DNA of 64,000 nucleotides from Pristiophorus japonicus (lineage: Eukaryota), in assembly GCF_044704955.1 (NCBI RefSeq), contig NW_027252889.1, positions 496,001-560,000 on the forward strand. Reading direction: 5' to 3'. Under the pieces are notes generated by a model. It had not been told where the DNA came from, searched no databases, and saw only the letters and a list, made by a program, of their open reading frames with translations. A program made the translations under genes and the position numbers. This document shows, piece by piece, positions 25,961 to 40,497 of this stretch. Numbering within the stretch: the stretch's first letter is position 1; each line of letters starts with the position of its first letter.

Positions 25961-26483
25961 GATAACTTCTGCTGTTTGCTTTGATAATCTTCACCAGTTT
26001 TTTCTGTATTCCTTTATGCAGCTCTTACTTTCTTTGTATCCCTTTGTTGCTTTATTTCCACATTGCCTTGCATTTGTGTCAGCCTTTGCTTTTAGTATAA
26101 TACTGTCTCTTACCTCACAGGAGGGGCCAGCCTACTGATAGCTCACCCAACGCCTGTTCTTCACAAGTGAATCTGAACAATACATCGTGGATGGCTTCTC
26201 AGCCTGGAAGAGCAGTTGATCCTATTGGTCTCCACACCCCAGCAGTCACACACACAGACCAGGAGTGGGATAACTGGGCAGTGTGGCTCAGTGTCACATC
26301 TTACCGGGTATTTGTCCACTGAACCATGAGAAATCCCAACATATCTCAATTCTTAAACATAAATATCTGACTGCAAAATACCCGACTCACACCACCCGGC
26401 CACAATCGCTAAATCAAACTCAGAAATGTGATCATATGAAACCAAACCCAGGTTGGATGCCCCCACTCTGGGCATTTACTTAC

Positions 26484-26535
26484 CCACTGCGACACAGAGG
26501 GTCAGAGTCACGGCTGTGAGCCTCGGGCCAAACAT
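26484..26535 (-). CDS. Gene A exon 1: signal-peptide (leader) exon
   Basis: ATG...MFGPRLTAVTLTLCVAV-G|GTAAGT, 52 nt, phase 1 matching the VJ exon; homologous to the gene B leader (shared ACTCTGACCCTCTG...GTGG|GTA). Confidence 0.8.
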
Positions 26536-26700
26536 TTCAAATTAATTATTTTTAAAAGATGAAATTCCTGTTCATTCACACACTGTATAATATGCTACCG
26601 TCGATGTTTCAGAGACAGCTGATTGTCACTGAACTTCCTTACAGGGTTCTCACAGCTCAAGTACAAACCACATAAAGAGGAACGAATAACAAGAGCAAGT
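26536..26700 (-). promoter_or_regulatory. putative gene A promoter
   Basis: Unique sequence upstream of the ATG with E-box cagctg (26616), ETS acttcct (26633), RUNX aaaccaca (26665), gaggaa (26677). Confidence 0.45.
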
Positions 26701-27109
26701 GGGCTGTCCTCTGGAAAAAACATATTCACACAAAGAAAGACTTGCATTTATATAGCGCCTTTCACGAGCACCAGACGTCTCAAAGCGCTTTACAACCACT
26801 GTAGTACTTTTGGAGTGTAGTCACTGTTGTAATGTGGGAAACGGGGCAGCCAATTTGTGCACAGCAAGCTCCCACAAACAGCAATGTGATAATGACCAGA
26901 TAATTTGTTTTTGTTGTCGATTGAGGGATAAATATTGGCGAGGACAGGGGATAACTCTCCTGCTCTTCTTTGAAATGGTGCCATAGGAGCTTTTACATCC
27001 ACCTGAGAGCAGACAGTGTCTCGGTTTATCTCAGCCATGATGGTATTAAATGGCGGAGCAGGCTCGAGGGGCCGTATGGCCGACTCCTGCTCCTGTTTCT
27101 TATGTTCTT

Positions 27110-28605
27110 ATATAATGTCCCTTCGACAGTCTTCCTGCTATCGTGGTTTCTCCAACAGTGCCGCTCCCTTCGGCCTCAGCTCCACCACTGACCCTTGCTC
27201 CCCGTTTCTTCTCTCTCAGGGACAATGGTGCGTCTTCACCTATCTTGCTCCCTTTTGGCTTCTTTGTCTCCCCACTCGTTGTCCTGCTGCCCCTTTAAGA
27301 CTCCTGCCTCTTGCACCCTCTCCTTGTCTTGTCCCCTCCTGCTCCCCAGGATATCTGACTCCCCGCCTTTCTTTGGAGTACTTACACTTACCCCGTTCCC
27401 ACCTCCGCTCTCCCCACGGACACCCGATTCCTTAGGGTGAGCTGAGCCGTATTATGGCTCGACTCTGCCCTTGACCAATGCTGCCCCCCGCTGTCTTTGT
27501 CCTTTTCCACCACACTTGGTATGTTTTCCACCATCTCCATCCTGTTCTCTGCTCCGCAATTTTCTGCCTCTTCTTGTGCTCTTTTCTCATTCCGTTCGCC
27601 GGCAGTGTCCTCCGCCTGCTCTGCTCCTCCAGCCACTCCACTCACACCTCCTGCTCGTTCTCCCGTCTCCTCGTCACTCGAGGGGCTTCCTTCTGCCTCA
27701 CACTCAGAGGGTGGGGCCTTTGTGACACACCCCACAGCTCTCTGCCTTGCAACTCCAAGTAATGTGTCCAGATTCGCCGCAGTTATAGCAGTACAGGTCT
27801 GGACAGCTTCTTCCAAGCTGGTCGTGTCCGAGACAATAATAGCAAATCTTCACCTGGTTACCATGCAGTACCCGGAAGTACTGCAGTCCTTCCATTGTCT
27901 CAAATTTCATGCTGGGTAATGACATCATCCCCTCTGGGAAGCACACCTTTACATAACGGGTTCAACCTGCTTCCCGCGTTCCTGGAGAGTATCTCCTCTT
28001 TATTGCCGAGCAAATTTTAATGTCCCACGACTCCAACTTTTTTATTAGCACATGGTCCTCAATATAAACCGTCAGGTTTAAGAATGAGACCACCACCTCT
28101 TCAGAGTACAGCAGAGATACATCCAAGAACTTACCACCAACCTTCAAACTCAGTAAAAGTCTTCCCACCTCCTCTCAGCCACTGACCGTCACCTCGAACC
28201 CAACATTGGGCTTTGGTCGGCAGGCAAAGCAGCTTCTCTCACCGCAGTCCTCATGTACTGCCTGGATAATGTCCCAAGCTCGTATCTCCTTATCCTCGCA
28301 CTGAACCACCACCGTGTTTTCTTTTCCCAATCTCCTGGGGTCCCGGCCCAAATCTTTGGGTCTTTTATTCTCCCTTCCCCCAACATTTTCTCCCCTGATT
28401 AAATGCATCCTGGGAACATTGTCCTCTGAGGGGCCCAGCACTCCGGGTCCCTCAGCAGACATCTGGCTGCTGTTTATGGGCCAAAAAGGCCCCAAAACTG
28501 GAAAAACATATCCCCAAAACTCAACAGCAACTTTTTACAAACTCACTCCAACCCCCAGCATTAATCAAACAACCAGCAGTCCCTGCTCACTCCTGGCCCC
28601 TCCCA
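27110..28605 (-). mobile_element. Tx1/L1-type ORF1 (gag-like zinc-knuckle) remnant inserted in a SINE (~26735-27025 and 28610-28640)
   Basis: CYYCLGHDQLGRSC, CYNCGESGHITWSC, CGVC knuckles; broken ORFs; SINE head gagagtgctacccactgagccacggctga resumes after it. Confidence 0.7.
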
Positions 28606-30041
28606 CCGAGAGAGTGCTACCCACTGAGCCACGGCTGATGGTAATTCGAGTGGGAGGAGCTTGTGTGGTGTATCAACACCGGCGCGGACCCATTGGGCCT
28701 CAGGGCCTGTGTGCGTTGTAGATTATGTATAATTCATCCCTAATCCTTCCTACATTCTTAACATTACCACTTATTATAGGATATCAGGTCAGCATTTACA
28801 GGAAATACCCTGGTTGGGCATTTTCCTGTTGTGGTACGGCTTCTAAAAATAATTCGACCAGTTTTAGCAGAAGAGGTTGTTCATGGCCCGGTTTTGGATG
28901 CCAATCACGTGTATGAAGGACCAAAATCTATTCCTGTTACGGAAGTGTCATTAAGGAGGCAGTGTAAATAAAACCGCTGCAGATTATTTATGGATTGACC
29001 ATTTTTGAAAGAGCGGCTTTGTTTGTGGGTTTGATGACGTGTGTACATACACTTTAAACTGGGGATAACACCCACCCCTGCTGATGGTCACTTGGGCTGT
29101 GCACAGTGACATTTAAGGCAGCCAGTACAATCAGTCTGGTTACAAATGTCACAAATAAGAGAGGACAAGAACAAATGATTTTGAGAGTTCCTCCTTGTTA
29201 CTGTGTTTTCACAATTTTACTGGAGAGGAAATTGTGAGCTTGTGATCTGGGAACACTTAGACGCCTTCTTCCACTTCTGTAATATCGCCCGTCTCTGCCC
29301 CTGCCCATCTGCGACTGAAACCCTCACCCATGCTCTTGTTCCCTACAGACACAACTATTCCAACACTCTCCTGGCCGGCCTCACATCTTCCACCCTCCAT
29401 AAACTTGAACTCATCCAAAACTCTGCTGCCCTTAGCCTAACTCGCACTAGTCCCATTCATCCATCACCCGCTGTGCTCGCTGACCAACATTAGCTCCCAG
29501 TCACCAACACCTCAAATTTAAAATTCTCATCCTTGTGTTTAAATCTCTCCGTGGCCTCGCCCATCCCTTCCTCTGTAAACTCCTACAACTCTATAACCCT
29601 CTGAGACTTCTACGTTCCTCCAAATTTGGCCTCTTGTGCATCCCTCATTCTCTTCCCCCAACCATTGGTTCAGCCGTCTAGGCCCGAATCTTCCTTCCCA
29701 AATCTCTTCACTTCTCCACCTCTCTCTCCTCAAGATGCTGCTTACAGCCGACCTCTTTGACCAAGTGTTTGATCACCTGCCTTCTTTAGTGGCTCGATGT
29801 CAACTCTTGTCTGATTACACTCCTGTGAAGCACATTGGAACATTTTTCTAAATGAAGGCGCTATATAAATGCAAGTTGTTGTTATCTCAGTTTCCAAATT
29901 CCAGATATACATTTTTGACAGAGAATCACAATTTATAGGGAGAGAGAGACAGATACAAAGATAAAGAATAGGCTGGATCAGCCTCGGCCATATCACTCAA
30001 AATTCCACTGTTGTGCAGCTACAACAACACTCAAAGCTCGA

Positions 30042-31170
30042 CACTATCCCAGATTAACCAACGACTCCCTCCACCACCGACACACCGTGTCTGCAGTGAG
30101 CACTAACTCACTATCCCAGATTAAACAACGACTCCCTCCACCACCGACACACTGTGTCTGCAGTGAGCACTAACTCACTATCCCAGATTAAACAACGACT
30201 CCCTCCACCACCGACACACTGTGTCTGCAGTGAGCACTAACTCACTATCCCAGATTAAACATCGACTCCCTCCACCACCGACACACTGTGTCTGCAGTGA
30301 GCACTAACTCACTATCCCAGATTAAACAACGACTCTCTCCACCACCGACACACTGTGTCTGCAGTGAGCACTAACTCACTATCCCAGATTAAACAACGAC
30401 TCCCTCCACCACCGACACACCGTGTCTGCAGTGAGCACTAACTCACTATCCCAGATTAAACAACGACTCCCTCCACCACCGACACACCGTGTCTGCAGTG
30501 AGCACTAACTCACTATCCCAGATTAAACAACGACTCCCTCCACCACCGACACACCATGTCTGCAGTGAGCACTAACTCACTATCCCAGATTAAACAACGA
30601 CTCCCTCCACCTCCGACACACCGTGTCTGCAGTGAGCACTAACTCACTATCCCAGATTAAACAACGACTCCCTCCACCACCGACACACCGTGTCTGCAGT
30701 GAGCACTAACTCACTATCCCAGATTAAACAACGACTCCCTCCACCACCGACACACCGTGTCTGCAGTGAGCACTAACTCACTATCCCAGATTAAACAACG
30801 ACTCCCTCCACCACCGACACACCGTGTCTGCAGTGAGCACTAACTCACTATCCCAGATTAAACAACGACTCCCTCCACCACCGACACACCGTGTCTGCAG
30901 TGAGCACTAACTCACTATCCCAGATTAAACAACGACTCCCTCCACCACCGACACACCGTGTCTGCAGTGAGCACTAACTCACTATCCCAGATTAAACAAC
31001 GACTCCCTCCACCACCGACACACCGTGTCTGCAGTGAACACTAACTCACTATCCCAGATTAAACAACGACTCCCTCCACCACCGACACACCGTGTCTGCA
31101 GTGAGCACTAACTCACTATCCCAGATTAAACAACGACTCCCTCCACCACCGACACACCGTGTCTGCAGTG
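30042..31170. repeat. 67-bp minisatellite, ~17 near-identical copies
   Basis: Unit cactatcccagattaaacaacgactccctccaccaccgacacaccgtgtctgcagtgagcactaact. Confidence 0.97.
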
Positions 31171-31779
31171 AACACTTACTACTGCATGGACTGCAGCAAC
31201 TCACCAAGGCTTCTTCGGCAGCATTTCCGAATCCCACGAGCTCCACCATCTAGAAGGACATTGGAACACCACCACCTCCAATTTCTCCAGTCACACACCA
31301 TCCTGACTTCGATGTATATTCATTGTTGCTGGGTCACAATCCAGGAACTCCCTCCCTAAAAGCACGGTGGGAGTACCTTGAAGAGCAACAACTTGCATTT
31401 ACATAGCACCATTAATGTAGTAAAATGTCCCAAGGTGCTTCACAGGAGCATTATCAACATTTGACACCGAACCACATGAGGAGATATTAGGACAGGTGAC
31501 CAAAAGCTTGGTCAAACAGCTAGGTTTCAAGGAGTGTCTCAGAGGAGGAGAGAGAGGTAGTGAGGCGGAGGGGTTTAGGGAGGATATTCCGGAGTTTAGG
31601 GCCTAGGCACACAGACTACATCGGTCCAACAAGGCAGCTGGTGATGGGCAGTAAATGCAGGGCTTGGCCGCGACACACACATTGCAAAGAATGATTTAAA
31701 AAAGCTTCAGGTGGTACAGCGGTGGAGAAAGAGGGAATATGAGGTGAGGATGCCAGCCACTGGGGACGCCTGCCCTGCA

Positions 31780-34403
31780 AACACCACGAATAGATTTTCT
31801 CCTTACATCAGGGAACCCAGCGACCCAAAGTACAAGGCCTCATGGCAACACCCTGGCTCCAAGCACTGGTATCTGCGAGACTACATCATTGTTTGTGTGA
31901 GGGACCACAAGGACGTGTGCATCACCCGCGCCGTGACAGGACTGACAACTGCTGGATGGACAATGTAGCCCCAAAACAATGGTGGCAACAGAAATTGATG
32001 CTGGAGTACTCAAAGACCCTGCTAAGAAAGCTCCATTCAGCCAGCATCTCACAACCAACCTGACGACTTCCAGTGAACCGGAGACGCAGAGTGTCCACTG
32101 TAGTCTGTGTGCCTAGGCCCTAAACTCTGGAATATCCTCCCCAAACCCCTCCGCCTCAAGGCCTCCATAATTAGCACCTGTGAAGAGACACTCGGTCACT
32201 CCACCAGGAAACACCAAGACTGGTTCGATGAGTACGACCAGGAGGTCCAGGAGCTAATAAGTCGCAAACGCAAGGCATTCTTGAACTGCAAAGAGCATCA
32301 TAACTCGAGAACAAGAAAGCAGCTCTATCAATGTCTGAAGGTTGATGTCCAAAATAAAACTCGTGACCGAATGAACAAATGGTGGGTGGAAAAAGCGCAG
32401 GAGATCCAGCAAGTAGCCCACAACCACGACATGCGTGGATCCTTTAGCGCAGTCAAGACCACCTATGGCCCAAGCACCCAAGGTCCAACCCACTTGTGGG
32501 CCAAGAACGGAGACATATTCATTAAGGACAGAGAGGCAGTCAGTGCCCGCTGGAAGGAACAATTCGAAGATCTCCTTAACCAAGAATCTGTCTTTGACAT
32601 GAATGTCCTCGACTTCATTCTGCAGCATGCTACCCACCATCACCTCAGCACAACCCCAGCCCGGCATGAGGTTGAAAAGGCCATATGACAACTGAAGAAC
32701 AACAAGGTCTCAGGACCAGATGGAATCCCCGCTGATGCACTAAAGCATGGTGGAAAAGTACTATTGGCACGAATCCATGAACTCATTTCTCTTATTTGGA
32801 AGGAGGAGAGCATGCCTGGAGCTCTCAGATGCTGTAATCGTGACCATCTTCAAAAAAGGTGACAAGTCCGATTGTGGTAATTACAGAGGAGTTTCCCTGC
32901 TGTGAGCCACAGGGAAAGTCATCGCAAGTATCCTCTTCAATCGCTTTCTCCCAGTGGCTGAAGAGCCTCTCCCAGAGTCACAATGCGATTCCGGCCACTA
33001 AGGGGCACAATAGACATGATCTTCACCACGCGTCAAGTTCAAGAGAAATGCAGGGAGCAGCATCAACCTCTGTACATGGCTTTCTTTGACCTCACAAAGG
33101 CCTTCAACACTGTCAAACGTGAGAGATTATGGAGTATCCTCCTCAAATTCATCAGCCCTCAAATGTTTGTCACCATCCTCTGCCAGCTTCACGATGACAC
33201 GCAAGCCGTGACCAATGGATCCACCACAGACCCAATGCACATGTGGACCGGAGTCAAGCAAGGCTGTGTCATTGCACCAACGCTCTTCTCCATCTTCCTT
33301 GCTACAATGCTCCATCTCACCCTCAATAAGCTCCCTGCTGGAGTGGAATTAATCTACAGAACCAGCAGGAAACTGTTCAAACTCCGTCGCCTCCATGTTC
33401 ATCCAACCTCTGTCATTGAATTACAGTACGTAGACGACGCTTGCATTTGTGCATACACGGAGGTCGAAATCCAAACCATCGACTACACCTTCACCGAAGT
33501 GTACGAGAGTATGAGCCTTGCTCTAAACACCCGTAAGACAAAGGTCCTCGACCAAGCTGCCTCCGCCACACTGTACTAACCCCCGATTATCAAGATCCAT
33601 GACAAGGCCTTGGACAACGTGGACCATTTTCCATACCTCGGGAGCCCACTGTCAACAAGGGCAGACATCGATGATGAAGTCCAACACCGCCTTCAGTGTG
33701 CCAGTGCAGCCTTCGATCGCCTGAGGAAGAGAGTGCTTGAAGACCAGGACCTCAAACCTGGCACCAAGCTCATGGTCTACCCGCACTCCTATATGCTTCA
33801 GAGACATGGACTATGTACAGCAGGCACCTCAAAGCACTGGAGAAGTACCACACCAACACTGCCTGCGCAAGATCCTGCAAATCCATTGGCAGTCTAGGTG
33901 CACCAACGTCAGTGTTCTCGCTCAGGCCAACATCCCCAGCATCGAAGTATTGACCACACTCGATCAGCTTCGACGGACAGGCCACATTGTCCACATGCCC
34001 GACACTAGACTCTCAAAACAAGTGCTCTGCTCAGAGCTCCGACACGGCATGCGAGTCCCAAATGGGCAGAGGAAACTCTTCAAGGACACCCTCAAAGCCT
34101 CCTTGAAAAAGTGCAACATCCCCACCGACACCTGGGAATCCCTGGCCCAAGACAGCTCAAAATGGAGAAGCATCCGGGAAGGTGCCGAACACCTCGAGCC
34201 TCTTCGCCGGGAGCACGCGGAAGCCAAGCGCAAACAGCGGAAGGAGCGCACGACAATCCAAGCACCGTACCCAGCCATCACTCCAACCACCGTCTGCCCC
34301 ACCTGTGACAGAGACTGTAGGACCCGCATTGGACTCATCATTCATTTGAGAACTCATTAGTGTGGAAGCAAGTCATTCTCGACTCCGAGGGACTGCTGAA
34401 GAA
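31780..34403 (+). mobile_element. RTE-clade LINE, decayed
   Basis: WQHPGSKHW, FFDLTKAFNTV, GVKQGCVIAPTLF, ELQYVDD, FPYLGS, C-terminal CPTC...HLRTH. Confidence 0.92.
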
Positions 34404-36680
34404 GTTTCAAGGCAATACACGTGTCCTTGCCATCTCATGTAGCCTTGCGACTCCCATCGTCTCAATCACAGAAAGGACCATTTCTGACCACTTCTTTGCA
34501 TCGCTCTCCCCCCACATCCTGCTCCCTCCCCACCCCCAAGCCTACTTCCTTTTGTGTCTGCCTTAGAAAAAAAACTTTCGTAACTCACAACTGCAAGTCC
34601 AAAATCCCAACAGTCCAGCCTTTGGCCCTCCATTCACCACGACATTTCTGCAGTCACCGATCTGCTCCACAACAACCTCGCCACCACCTTTGGTGCCCTA
34701 GTCCCTAATAAAACCAGTACTGTCTCTCACCCTGGCCGTTCCCATGGTACAACCCTCATCCTCACTCCCTTAAGTACAAGGTACGCAGACTTGAACGGGT
34801 AAAGCGGACAACTGGTTTCACCATTCACCACCAGATCTGGCTGGACCACATAAACAACTATCGGGTCCTGCTCTGGTCTGCCAAAATCGCTCACTATTCC
34901 AGAATCATTTTGCAATGTAAAGATAAACCCTCCAGCTTCTTTTCTCTACTGTTAACCGTCTTCTTAAACCCCTCTCTCCTGTCTCCTCCACCCTCACCTC
35001 CAACAACAAGTGTGAGGAGCTCATGAACGTCTTTGTCTCTAAGATTGTGACCATCCATTCAGCTGCCCCTGCCACTTCCCTCCCTACCCCTAGCCCACCA
35101 GGATCCTCCCTGGCCCAGCCCTCTAATTGTTCTCTGATCTTCCCTCGTGCCCCCTCCGACCCAATCTAGTCCACATAAGCCACTTGCTGCCCCATCAAAC
35201 CCATTCCCACTAAACTGCTGACCATACAACTTCCTTTTCTGGATCCCATGTTAGCTGACATTGTTAATGGTTCTCTCTCCTCGGGTACTGTCACCCTCTC
35301 CATCAAATCTGTCACCATCACCCCTCTCAAAAATTAAATCCTTGTCCCCTCCGTCCTTGTAAAGTGCCAGCCCATCTCCAACCTCCATTTCCTCTCCAGA
35401 GTCCTTGAACATGTTGTCGCCTCCCAAATCAGTGCCCATCTTTCCTGGAACTCCATACTGAATCCCTCCAATCAGGTCTTCACCCCTGCCACAGAACCAA
35501 AATGGCTATCAAAGTCACAAATGAAATCCGATGTGACTGTGACAAAGGTAACCTATCGCTCTTTGTCCTCCTTGACTTGTCTGCAGCCTTTGACATGGTT
35601 CACCACTCCATCCTTCTCCAATACCTCTCCACCATCGTCCAGCTGGGTGGGACTGCACTCGCCTGGTTCCATTCTTATCTATCTGATCGTAGCCAGAGAA
35701 TCACCTGCAATGGCTTCTCTTCCTGCTCCTGCAATATTACCTCTGGTGTCCCCTAATGATCTATCCTTGGCCCCCTTCTATTTTTCATCTACATGCTGCC
35801 TTTTGGCAAAAACACAGCATCAGTTTCCACATGTATGCTAACAACATCCAGCTCTACCTCACTACACGTGTCTCGACCCCTCCACTCTCTCTAAATGATC
35901 ACACTGTACTGGATGAACAGAGATTTTCTCCAATTAAATATTGAGAAGCCCGAAGCCATTGTCTTCGGTCCCTGCCACAAACACCATTCCATCGCCACTG
36001 ATTTCATCCCTCTCCCCAACCTCTGTCTGAGGTTGAACCAGACGGTTCGCAACCTTGCTGTCGTATTTGACCCTGAAATGATCTTCCGACCAAATATCCG
36101 CGCCAAAACTAAGACCACCTATTTCCACATCGTAACATCGCCCGTCTCTGCCCCAGCCTCAGCTCATTTGCTGCTGAAACCCTCATCTATGTCTTTGTTA
36201 CCTCTAGACTTGACTATTCCAACGTACTCCTGCCTGGCCTTCCATATTCAACACTATGTGAATTTGAGGTCATCCAAAACTTTGCTGTCCTAACTCGCTC
36301 AATCTAGTTAATCTATCACCCTTGTGCTCTCTGACCTATATTGGCTATCATTTAAGCAATGCCCCAATGTTAAAATTCTCATCCTTCTTATCAAATCCCT
36401 GCATGACCTTGTCTCTCCCTATCTCTGTAATCTCCTTCAGCCTCACAACTGCCCCCCCCCCCACACTGCAACCCCCCTCCGCCCCGCCCCCAACCCGAGA
36501 TGTCTGCACTCCTCTAATTCTGCCCTGTTGAGCTTCCCTGATTTTAATTGCTGAACCACTGGCGGCCGTGCCTTCAGCTTCCAAAGCCCTAAGCTCTGGA
36601 ATTCTCTCCCTATACCTCTCTGCCTCTCCGCCTCTCTTGCCTCCTTTAAAACGCTCCTTAAATCCTACCTCTTTGACCAA
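34404..36680 (+). mobile_element. L2 LINE, decayed
   Basis: LLDLSAAFDMVHH, ALAWFHSYLSDR, ITSGVP, HMYANNIQLY, QLNIEKPEAIVFG; L2-type 3' end. Confidence 0.88.
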
Positions 36681-39600
36681 GAGTGCAGGCAGAGAAGTGG
36701 GTGACCACCAGACGTAGTAAGTGTGCTAGGCATGAGTCCATCTCGCTTTCAAATCAATATTTAATTCTGAGTATCGGTAAGGACGAAGGCACCAAGCTGG
36801 CTCAGCTGCACAGGGGGGAGGGACGAAGAACAAAAAACTCCTAGTGATAGGGTATTCTATAGTTAGGGGAACAGACAGGCGTTTCTGCGGCTGTACACGT
36901 GACTCCCGAATGGTTTTATGCCTCCCTGGTGCCAGAGTCAAGGGTAGGGCCTCAAAGGTAGTTATCTCCGGGTTACTATCAGTGCCACGTGCTAATGAGT
37001 GCAAGAATAGAAGGATAGAGAGGATGAACACGTGCTGGAAAATTGGTGCAGGAGGGAGGGCTTTAAAGTCGAGGCATTGGGACTGCTTCTGGGGAGATGG
37101 GACCTGTACAAACTGGACGGGTTGCACCTCAACAGCGCCGGGACCAATAACCTCGCAGAGAGTTTTGCTGGTGTAGTTGGGGAGAGCTGAAGCTCGCTTG
37201 GCAGGGGGATGGGAACCTGAGAACAAATTCAAAAGGGAAGGAAGTAAAGCAGAAGTTGGATAGCAAGAACCTACAAAGCGAATCTGTAAAACAGAGGAAA
37301 CAGGGCTTAGTATGTAGTAAGCAAGGAGATCTTCCTGTGCTGAATGGTATATACTTTAATGCAAGGAGTATAGCGAATAAGGCGGATGAGATAAGAGCGT
37401 AGATAGACACTTGGGAGTATGACATTATAGCCATTACAGAAACATTGCTGAAAGAGGGGCAGGTTTGGAAGATTAATAATCCTGGCTACAGGATATTTTG
37501 ACAAGATAGAGAGGGGGGTAAAAAGGGGGGGGGGGAGCGGGGTGGGTTGCAGTACAAATTAAAGTAACTATTACAGCGGTAAGGAGGGATGATATGTTAG
37601 AGGGATCATTAACTGAGGCCATATGGGTCGAATTGAAAAATAAAAAAGGGGCGATCACACAGCTGGGAGTGTATTATAGACCTCCAAACAGTGGGGGGGA
37701 GATAGAGGAGCAAATATGTAGGCTGTGAAATCTAAACACCATAGGGTAGTAATAGTAGGGGATTTTAACGATGGAAATATTGATTGGGACAAATTTAGTG
37801 TGAAGGGTATAGAGGGTGCGGAATTCTTGAAATGCATTGAAGAGAATGTTTTAGTCAGTATGCAACAAGCCCAACACGAGAGGGGGCAGGCTTGGATTTG
37901 GTTTTGGGAAATGAAGCTGGGCAAGATGAAGGGGTATTAGTGGGGGAGCATTTGGGTGCTAGTGACCATAATTCAGTCAGATTCAAGTTGGTTATGGATA
38001 AGGACAAGAATAGGCCTGAAATAAAAGTTACTAATTGGGAAAAAGCTAATTTTGCTAAGTTAAGGAGTGATGTGTCTATAGTGGACTGGAAACAGCTACT
38101 TGTGGGTAAATCGGTGCCGGAATAGTGGGAGGCATTCAAGGAGGAGATCCGAAAGGTTCAGGCCAAACATGTGCCCTTAAAGAAAATGCTGGGAAAAATA
38201 ATTCTCGAGCCCCCTGGATGTCTAGGGACTTACAGGAGAGGATTAAGAAAAAAAGGGACACTTATGTCACATATCAATGGCTAAATACTTTAGAGGAATA
38301 TAGAAAGATAAGAGGTAAAATTAAAAAGGATATTAGGAATGCTAAGAGAGAGCACGAGAAATTCTTGGCCAGTAAAATTAAGGAAAACCCTAAGATGTTC
38401 TATAAATATATTAAGAGTAAGAGGGTAACTAAGGAAAGGGTATTAGAGACCATGAGGGTAATCTCTGTGAGGAGGCAGAAGATGTTGGTAGGGTTCTTAA
38501 CGAATACTTGCCATCTGTTTCCTCAAAGGTGGTAATGCAGATACTGCTATCGAGGAGGAGTGTGATATTCTGGATGAATATAGTGAGAGAGGAAGTATTT
38601 AGGGGTTTAGCAGCTTTGAAAGTAGATAAGTCCCCAGGCCCAAATGAAATGCATCTCAGGTTGTTGAGTGAAGTAAAAGAGGAAATAGCAGAGGCCTTGA
38701 CCATCATTTTCCAGTCCTCTTTGGATATGGGCCAGAGGATTGGAGGACTGCTAATGTAGTACCCTTGTTTAAGAAGGGAGAAAATGATAGGCCAAGTAAT
38801 TACAGGCCAGTCAGCCTAACGTGAGTGGTGGGAAAATGATTGGAAAAAATCCTGAAAGACAGGATAAATCTGCATTTGGATAGGCAAGGATTAATTAGGG
38901 ACAGTCAGCACGGATTTGTTAAGGGAAGATCGTGTTTGACTAACCTGATTGAATTTTTTGAGGAGGTAACCAAGAGGGTCGATGAGGGAAGTGCGTACGA
39001 TTAGCAAGGCTTTTGATAAGGTCCCGCATGGTAGACTGGTCATGAAGGTTAAAGGCCATGGGATCCAAGGCAAAGTGTCAAGTTGGATCCAAAATTGGCT
39101 TGGAGGTAGGAAGCAAAGGGTAATGATTGATGGATGATCTTGTGACTGGAAGGATATTTGTAGTGGGGTTCTGCAGGGCTCAGTACTGGGTCCCTTGCTT
39201 TTTGTGGTACAAATCAACGATTTAGATTTGAATATTGGAAGTATGATTAAGAAGTTTGCAGACAACACTAAAATTGGCTGTGTGGTTGATAATGAAGAGG
39301 AAAGTCATGGGCTGCAGGAGGATATCAATCTACGGGTCAGGTAGGCAGAGCGGTGGCAAATGGAATTTAATTCAGAGAAGTGTGAGGTGATGCACTTTGG
39401 GAGGGCTAATAAGCAAAGGGTATACACATTAAGCGGTAGGCCACTTAATAGTGTAGATGGGCAAAGGGACCTTGGAGTGCTTGTCCACAGATCCCTGAAA
39501 GTAGGTCAGGTGGATAAGGTGGTTAAGAAGGCATACAGAATGCTTGCCTTTATTGGCCAAGACATAGAATATAAGAGCAGGGAGGTTATGTTGAATTGTA

Positions 39601-40497
39601 TAATGCTTTGGTTAGGCCACAGCTGGAGTACTGCATGCAGTTCTGGTCGCCGTATTATAAGAACGTGATTGTACGAGAGAGGATGCAGAGGAGATTTACT
39701 AGGATGCTGCCTGGAATGGAGAATCTCAGTTATGAGAACAGATTGGATAGGCTGGGTTTGTTCTAATTGGAACAGAGGAGGTTGAGGGGAGACCTCATTG
39801 AGGTGTACAAAATATTGAGGGGCTGGAGATAGTGGATAGTAAGGGTCTATTTCCATTGATGGAGGGGGCTAATACGAGGGGGCAGAGGTTTAAGGTGGTT
39901 GGTGGAAGGTTTAGAGGGGATTTGTGGTTGGGTTCTTCTTTACACAGAGGGTTATGGGGATCTGGAACTCGATGCCTGGAAGAGTGGTGGATGCAGAAAC
40001 CCTCACCACTTTTAAGAGATGGTTGGATGGGCACTTAAATTGCTGTAGCCTGCAGGGTTACGGACCAAGAGCTGGTAATTGGGATTAGACTAGATGACCT
40101 TTTGTTGGTCGGCGCAGATATAATGGTCAGTACTGCAGGGAATAGAAACGGCCAGGGTGATCTCCTGGACTAGTTTCGATCGCCTGGATGGGTCGGAGAG
40201 AAATTTTCCCAGATTTTTTCTCCCTTAATTGGCCTGGGTTTTTAATCTGGATTTTGCCTCTCCCAGGAGATCACATGGCTCCAGTTGGGGTGGAGTGTCG
40301 ATGTTTTTAGTATAAGGGGTGTTGCAGTACTGTGTGGTGGACTGGTTGGACTGGGTGCTCTTTGTCTTTCCGTTATTGTTCATGGGTTTGTATGTAACCT
40401 TTAGGCTGATGACGAAGGGCCGTGCGGCTCTTTGTCGTCTGCTGCAGACACGATGGGACGGAATGTCCTCCTTCTGCGCTGTAAATTTCTGTTTCTA
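36681..40497 (+). mobile_element. CR1 LINE with ORF1 esterase remnant, ORF2 and long 3' UTR
   Basis: VIGYSIVRGTDRRFCG (SGNH-like ORF1), IVGDFN, ASDHN, KSPGPN, KFADNTK; ends tttctgtttcta. Confidence 0.9.

Noticed and set aside
30145-30360. RSS heptamer cactgtg in some 67-bp units
   Set aside because: No nonamer at 12/23 spacing, no adjacent gene segment, just a unit variant
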